From positions 2,976,001 through 3,040,000 of the forward strand of contig OX597825.1 of the NCBI GenBank assembly GCA_951406725.2: 64,000 bases of DNA. The letters are read 5' to 3'. The notes under the pieces were generated by a model. It worked only from the letters and a program-made list of their open reading frames with translations. It searched no databases and was not told the DNA's origin. Positions 58,465-64,000 of the stretch are shown one piece after another. The DNA is from Octopus vulgaris. Its lineage: Eukaryota. How positions within the stretch are numbered: position 1 is the first letter of the stretch; each line of letters opens with the position of its first letter. Both the position numbers and the translations under genes were made by a program.

Positions 58465-61400
58465 GAGAGACAGAGAGAGAGAGAGATGGCGAATAAAAAT
58501 GAGAAAAACAGAGAATGGGAGAATGTGATGTGTGAAATCATTGAATTAAACATCCAAATCCAAATATTTCCCTTTTTGAAGAACTCTCATGGGATACTAG
58601 ATTCCATTAAAAAGCTTGAGAATGATGACATGAATAGTAATTATTAGCATAAGGCGCTAAATGAAAAAAAAAAACAATAAAAACCATTGAGTAAAATCTT
58701 AGTCCACGATATATTACTGGCTCCTCGCTTACTCTCTGTTGTCTGGAAACGGGACTTCGTTAAGTTTTGAAACTGAAAGCAAATGATCCCTGCAAATTCT
58801 GTATTCTAAATTTCCGGCGTTTTCAGGTTTCCAATATAGTTCATACCAAAAATAATTAGTCACAAAGAGTGAAATTTGACGGTAAGTGATAGTCGAAAGA
58901 ATAAAAATGCCCCAGAAGCACAACTGGTATCTTTATATTTACACTGAAATAACAAATGCAAAGTAGACCTCGTATGCTTTTAAACTCAGAATATAAATAA
59001 CTATTAGAAATCATATTAACTGTTTTTTTCCTATCTGCGGTGGTAACAGTTTTATCAGTGCATCACCTTTTATGGTTTTATGGTTTAAGTGAACAAGGTC
59101 GTTCACTTGCGTCTAAAATTGTCATTCATCCACCTTCGAGCCATTGCTGGAGGGCTGTACTACTTTCTTCACACTCATTTTAATTTTCGCATTTGAACAT
59201 GAACATATCGCCTGCGCTGCCTCTTCAATGTTTTTTCAAAGTTTTTTCTGTCCTAATTTTCTATTTTTCTATTTTTACTGCCTTAATAAGCATAACTCAT
59301 TCTACACTAATCTCCCTTTTCAGGCCAAAGTACTATTTACTGTTAATGACAGGCCCTGTCAACGTCCGTTCAAATGAACTACTAAGCCGCACTCTGTAAC
59401 AGAGGCAGGCTCTGATTGACTACTGCAGTTTCCCGTGAACTGATTTCTGTCAATATGGCCTGTTATTTGCCGATAGAATAAAAATATTAGCTCTGGCTAA
59501 TTTTTTTTCTTGGTCCCTTTTCTTATATGTTGTGCAAGAAACACTCCTGTACTTTATTCATTTAATTAAACCTTTATTTCTATGCCTGCCCCTAACTTAA
59601 ACATTTCTTGTTGCTTCACTCTGGATTTTACGTACACCAGATAGTAGAATCTGACTCTTAAAAGCAAAATACATGCGATGATATTAGTGAAAATGTATTT
59701 TGAGAATGCTATGTGGCTACCCGTGCCAACAGGCTTAATTCAACTGGTGTGGTAGGTTATATTAGAATGATTGTAACAACATACTTTTTTAACAATGAAA
59801 CCTAACCCGAAAAAAACAGATAAAATATTTCTTAATTGCTTTCAATAAGACCTATGGAGTAATATTTCCGCGCAATCAAAATCATATTCGACAATCCTGC
59901 AACGTAAATTTCAAAATTGCTTAAGGAATAACATAGGAAAATGAAATAATTGGAAACAGTTATTCTTACACTTTCTGTTACAAATATCCGGTTGCATTTA
60001 AGAAAGAAAGCTCTAATTTCTATTCTCAGAGTAAATTAAAAAATTAATTTTCTAAATGTAACATGAATATCTCTAACAATATTCATCAATGAAAGTTATT
60101 TTCAAAAGTGACACACAACATTATCGTATTTTCTGTACTTATGTGGTAAAGAAATTAAGCCGGGTTAGAAAGAGTCCGTATTCATGTCCACTCTAGTTTC
60201 AAGGCCCAGACTTTTGGGCGAGAGGCAGACACACACACACATACACACACACACACACACACATATATGATCTTTTCACATACCTCTATTCATGTATTTG
60301 TTCAGAACATTTTATCCATAATGAAGTTTTTACTTTGCCATCCGTTCTCATGTCTTAAGAAGTCCACACAGAAACGCATACACGGACACTCAAACATACA
60401 TAAAAAGAAGCACACGCGCATTGACACCTATGACATTTAATACCGATTCCAAATTTTGGCACGAAATCAGAAACTTCGAATTAATGAAGGGTGAAACGCC
60501 GCTGAACATTTCGCCCGGTGTGCTTAGCGATTCTGCCATTTCCCTGGCTTGACTCTAATTTTCAGTTGGATACATGTTGAATACTAAAACGTAAAGAAGT
60601 TAAATTCATAACTAGTGAATAGTTATTTCAATAGCATTAGGACGGATAGTGGATATTGTACCGCGCATGCGTTGTTGGAATCGTTGATATGAAATACGAT
60701 ACACTGGGAACAAATGCCAAATGTGTTTCGTCGTAAAATCTATTCTATGAACAAGGACAAATAAGACTTGCAGTTCGGAATTAATAATGAAAATACTTAT
60801 TGTATTATAGAACATATCGATCTCAATCATAGGCTCAAGGACATGTATCATTACAGGGATGTGAAGAATCGACTGCATAACTTGATTCATTCCTATTTTA
60901 TCGACCAAAGAATGATCAGAAGACATATTGGAAATTTGCTATGTATCATAAAAAAGAAAAGAAAAAAACGATGAGAGATTCAGAAAAAGTTGTCAACAAA
61001 TTCACAACAGAATATTTATTGAAATCTAAAATATACATTGTATAACAATGACAAAGATCAAACGTATGAAATTATGCATCATCAACTATTCATAAATCTT
61101 TGGAAGCTACAAATATTTTGTATTTTGCAATGGCTGTTTTTCCTTTGCTGTTCCAAATTACCTAGAAACAAAGAAGCCATTGAACGAAACGCGCTCCTAG
61201 TCTGTGAAACAGGTTTTACGCAGAATGTAGGTATGGTTTTTCTTTTCTTTAACGTGTAGTCACTGAGTTTGCAGAATGCCAAATTTGAAGCGTTCGAGAG
61301 GTATATATGGAGTTATATGCATGTGTATGTGTGTGTATACGACCAAAGCGTAATTCAATGGACTAATCACGTACATCTAGTACATTAGACACATGAAAAA

Positions 61401-62179
61401 TATATATATAATCAAAAATTTCCAAACTTTGATGAAATCGGTTCTTGTAAACAATGATACCAATATAGAAATTTGCGCACCGATGTTACAGTGTCACAAA
61501 GCAATCAATATCCCGTTACAAATAGACTGAAGGAATGAACAGCCCTCGTGAAACTGAAAAATGATACTAGTATTCTAAAATACCTGTTAATATAAAAGGA
61601 AACATCTATTTAGAAAGTCCCATACCGGCACAAGTGCTTGTTTCCATGACTCCCTAAATCCCTCTTTGTGTGTATTTTTTTTATCCTTAAAGAACTTTCA
61701 TTGAGCCACGATGTCCTTGTATGTAATTTACTTTATCCATGCTCTGCTTGTGTCTGTGGCATACTGAGCTGGTAGCATGATAATTTTATGGCTTGAAATT
61801 ATATTAGTTGAATAGGTAAACGAAATCCATGGCTTATTCACTAACAATTGACATATAGGATTAGGCAACTCTAAGAACAGCGGCAGTTTCGCTTCACACT
61901 TTCCCTTCACACTTCTCTTCATATTCCTGTGAACAAGTGTGTACATTTGCTCCTTGGATTGAGGAAAGTCAATGACGCCTTGCAGTGTGACATTTGTCGT
62001 TTCTACGTGCCGCACTTCAATTTTATATAAAGTAATTGTTGTAAATATAAAAATTCAAGTTACATTGTGTTTATGAAAGTGTATGATTGTAGGTTTCTCT
62101 GTTTATGTTTGATGTCACTGCTTCGATGTTTGATGATTTCATAATAAGAATATCTTCAGATCTTTCTATTTATTTGCAG

Positions 62180-62205
62180 GTACATCCACTCAAAAACAAC
62201 AAAAT
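62180..62205 (+). other. Candidate 26-nt microexon
   Basis: tctttctatttatttgcAG|GTACATCC...CAAAAT|GTATGT, with TGCATG at 62226-62231; could encode (G)TSTQKQQN. Confidence 0.35.
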
Positions 62206-63046
62206 GTATGTGAATAGATTTATTTTGCATGCAATCCAAAATGGGTGACACATGTTTAACATTTCCCTTTTATATTTGCCCTTTTTATATTTTCATGTTT
62301 CCATATCTTCTAATTATATAAATATTCGTATCATAATAAACTCGTATCATACGCGTATCATAACAAACTTCCTAAGTATAATATTATTTATTTTTCTGCT
62401 AAAACCTTTTGAGTCACTTAAACTAGTAGGTTTGTTCTGGACGCCACCCTATTACAAATACGAGGGGTGTCCATTATATATTAGTCAAACATTAGTATAC
62501 CCATTGCATTTTCCCTTTATTAATGGCTTGGCGGAGTGAAATATAGTTAACGCATGTTAACGAACCTATCTGGTATTCGTTTAATATATGTTGCTGCCGA
62601 ACCTTCCTTAAGTAATTTTGAATAGTGCGGTGAATTCTATATGAAAATTGTGAACATGCTTCATTAATCAACGGGAATTTTCTAAAAGAAGAATGCTTAA
62701 GCACCACTAATGAGAACGACAAGCAAGCCATGCCATATCATTCTTAACACTTTGAATTTTAGATTTCAAAACTAAATTGAAATGAATTCTTCATGTTTTA
62801 AGCAATGCATAGGATGTTTAGATAATTTCTACATTAAGTTTAGCTTTGTGTAGATTATGTTAACATTTATTGATTTTTTGCTGACATACTGGGTATACGC
62901 TAAAATAAGAATTATCAACCAATAGAATATACTATTGAATTACATTTCTATTCTTAAATTCGTTCAACCAATAAAATATCTTACAATCGAATCGCGCTCA
63001 TCGTCTTCACTGTTTACATTTGTGAAGTTACGTCAATACTTTTAAA

Positions 63047-63099
<53 letters not shown>

Positions 63100-63139
63100 T
63101 AATAATAATGATAATAATAATAATAATAACAACAACCAC

Positions 63140-63225
<86 letters not shown>

Positions 63226-63245
63226 CAATAATGATAATGATAACA

Positions 63246-63341
<96 letters not shown>

Positions 63342-63342
63342 T
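63047..63342. repeat. (TAA)n microsatellite, ~300 bp, with TGA/CAA variants
   Basis: Direct observation. Confidence 0.98.
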
Positions 63343-63366
63343 TTATTATAAATAAATAAATAAATA

Positions 63367-63910
63367 TTCTGATACAGTACCAGGCAGTGGCTCTCATGGC
63401 TTCTGATCTCAACTGATTGAAAGTGTTATAATGTACATTGTTTTGTCTCGGTATAAAAGATGGAATACAGCAAATACTCTGCTCAGTACCACAGATTTGA
63501 TTGTCAGTTGTTTCATCTTAGGCAGTTGAGCATCTCCCTTAGTGACTGATGATATGTGCATCTCTGATCACGAGCAGAAGTAGTGGGGGAGCATCATAGC
63601 CATGTGTTGATAGGAATTCTTTGGGGTTTGGATAATTCACCTTCGGAAACATGTGTGTTTCGTTCAATATTCTTAAACAACCGTTATTCTAGAACATTTT
63701 GAGCGGGATGCGCTCCCCTGCCCGAAGGAAATTCAAAATGGGCCCCATCTGCAAGGTCACGTGCTGTTTTTGTTTACATGTCGCGCAAATATGGTTGTGA
63801 TGAATGTGCCCGGTGTACCCTTATCGGACGCCTCGTCATGATGGGAATACTGCCCTTCGTATTCGTTACCCCAGTGTCACTTTGATGCATGATCTGCTCT
63901 TTCACTCAAT
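63367..63910. mobile_element. ~540-bp non-autonomous repeat adjoining a long (TAA)n array
   Basis: GC-richer block between (TAA)n 63047-63342 and an AAT-like tail; matches a recalled abundant octopus repeat; no ORF. Confidence 0.55.
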
Positions 63911-64000
63911 AACAGTAATAGTAAGGTTAAGGATAATCGTAAGCAAAAAAAACAAAAAAAAACAATAATAGTATATTTAAATGAGATAATATGATTAACA

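Overview
AT-rich eukaryotic, essentially non-coding DNA, dense in microsatellites and eroded transposons. The repeat families look like Octopus/coleoid cephalopod repeats (recalled, not verified by search). No intact protein-coding gene is supported; most ORF-track entries are translated (TA)n/(CA)n/(TAA)n microsatellites. Recognisable remnants are tRNA-derived SINEs of several families, a CR1/L2-like LINE 3' end, two tandem R4/Dong-clade (RLE) LINE 3' ends with (AAT)n tails, a Mag-type Ty3/Gypsy gag-protease relic, a 5' half of a mariner transposon and Penelope-like 3' ends. The most notable pattern is six unrelated foldback (inverted-repeat) elements with arms of about 50-345 bp, several in or around microsatellites. 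Five contain, abut or have a nearby third copy next to an intact or eroded minimal type-I hammerhead ribozyme motif; the sixth has only a GAAA...GTA remnant. They include a ~350-bp hammerhead-bearing unit in inverted plus tandem copies (retrozyme / Penelope pLTR-like). Weaker candidates are a 26-nt + strand microexon, a - strand exon, a perfect RFX X-box and a TALE-site cluster. All analysis was by eye and coordinates of eroded repeats are approximate.
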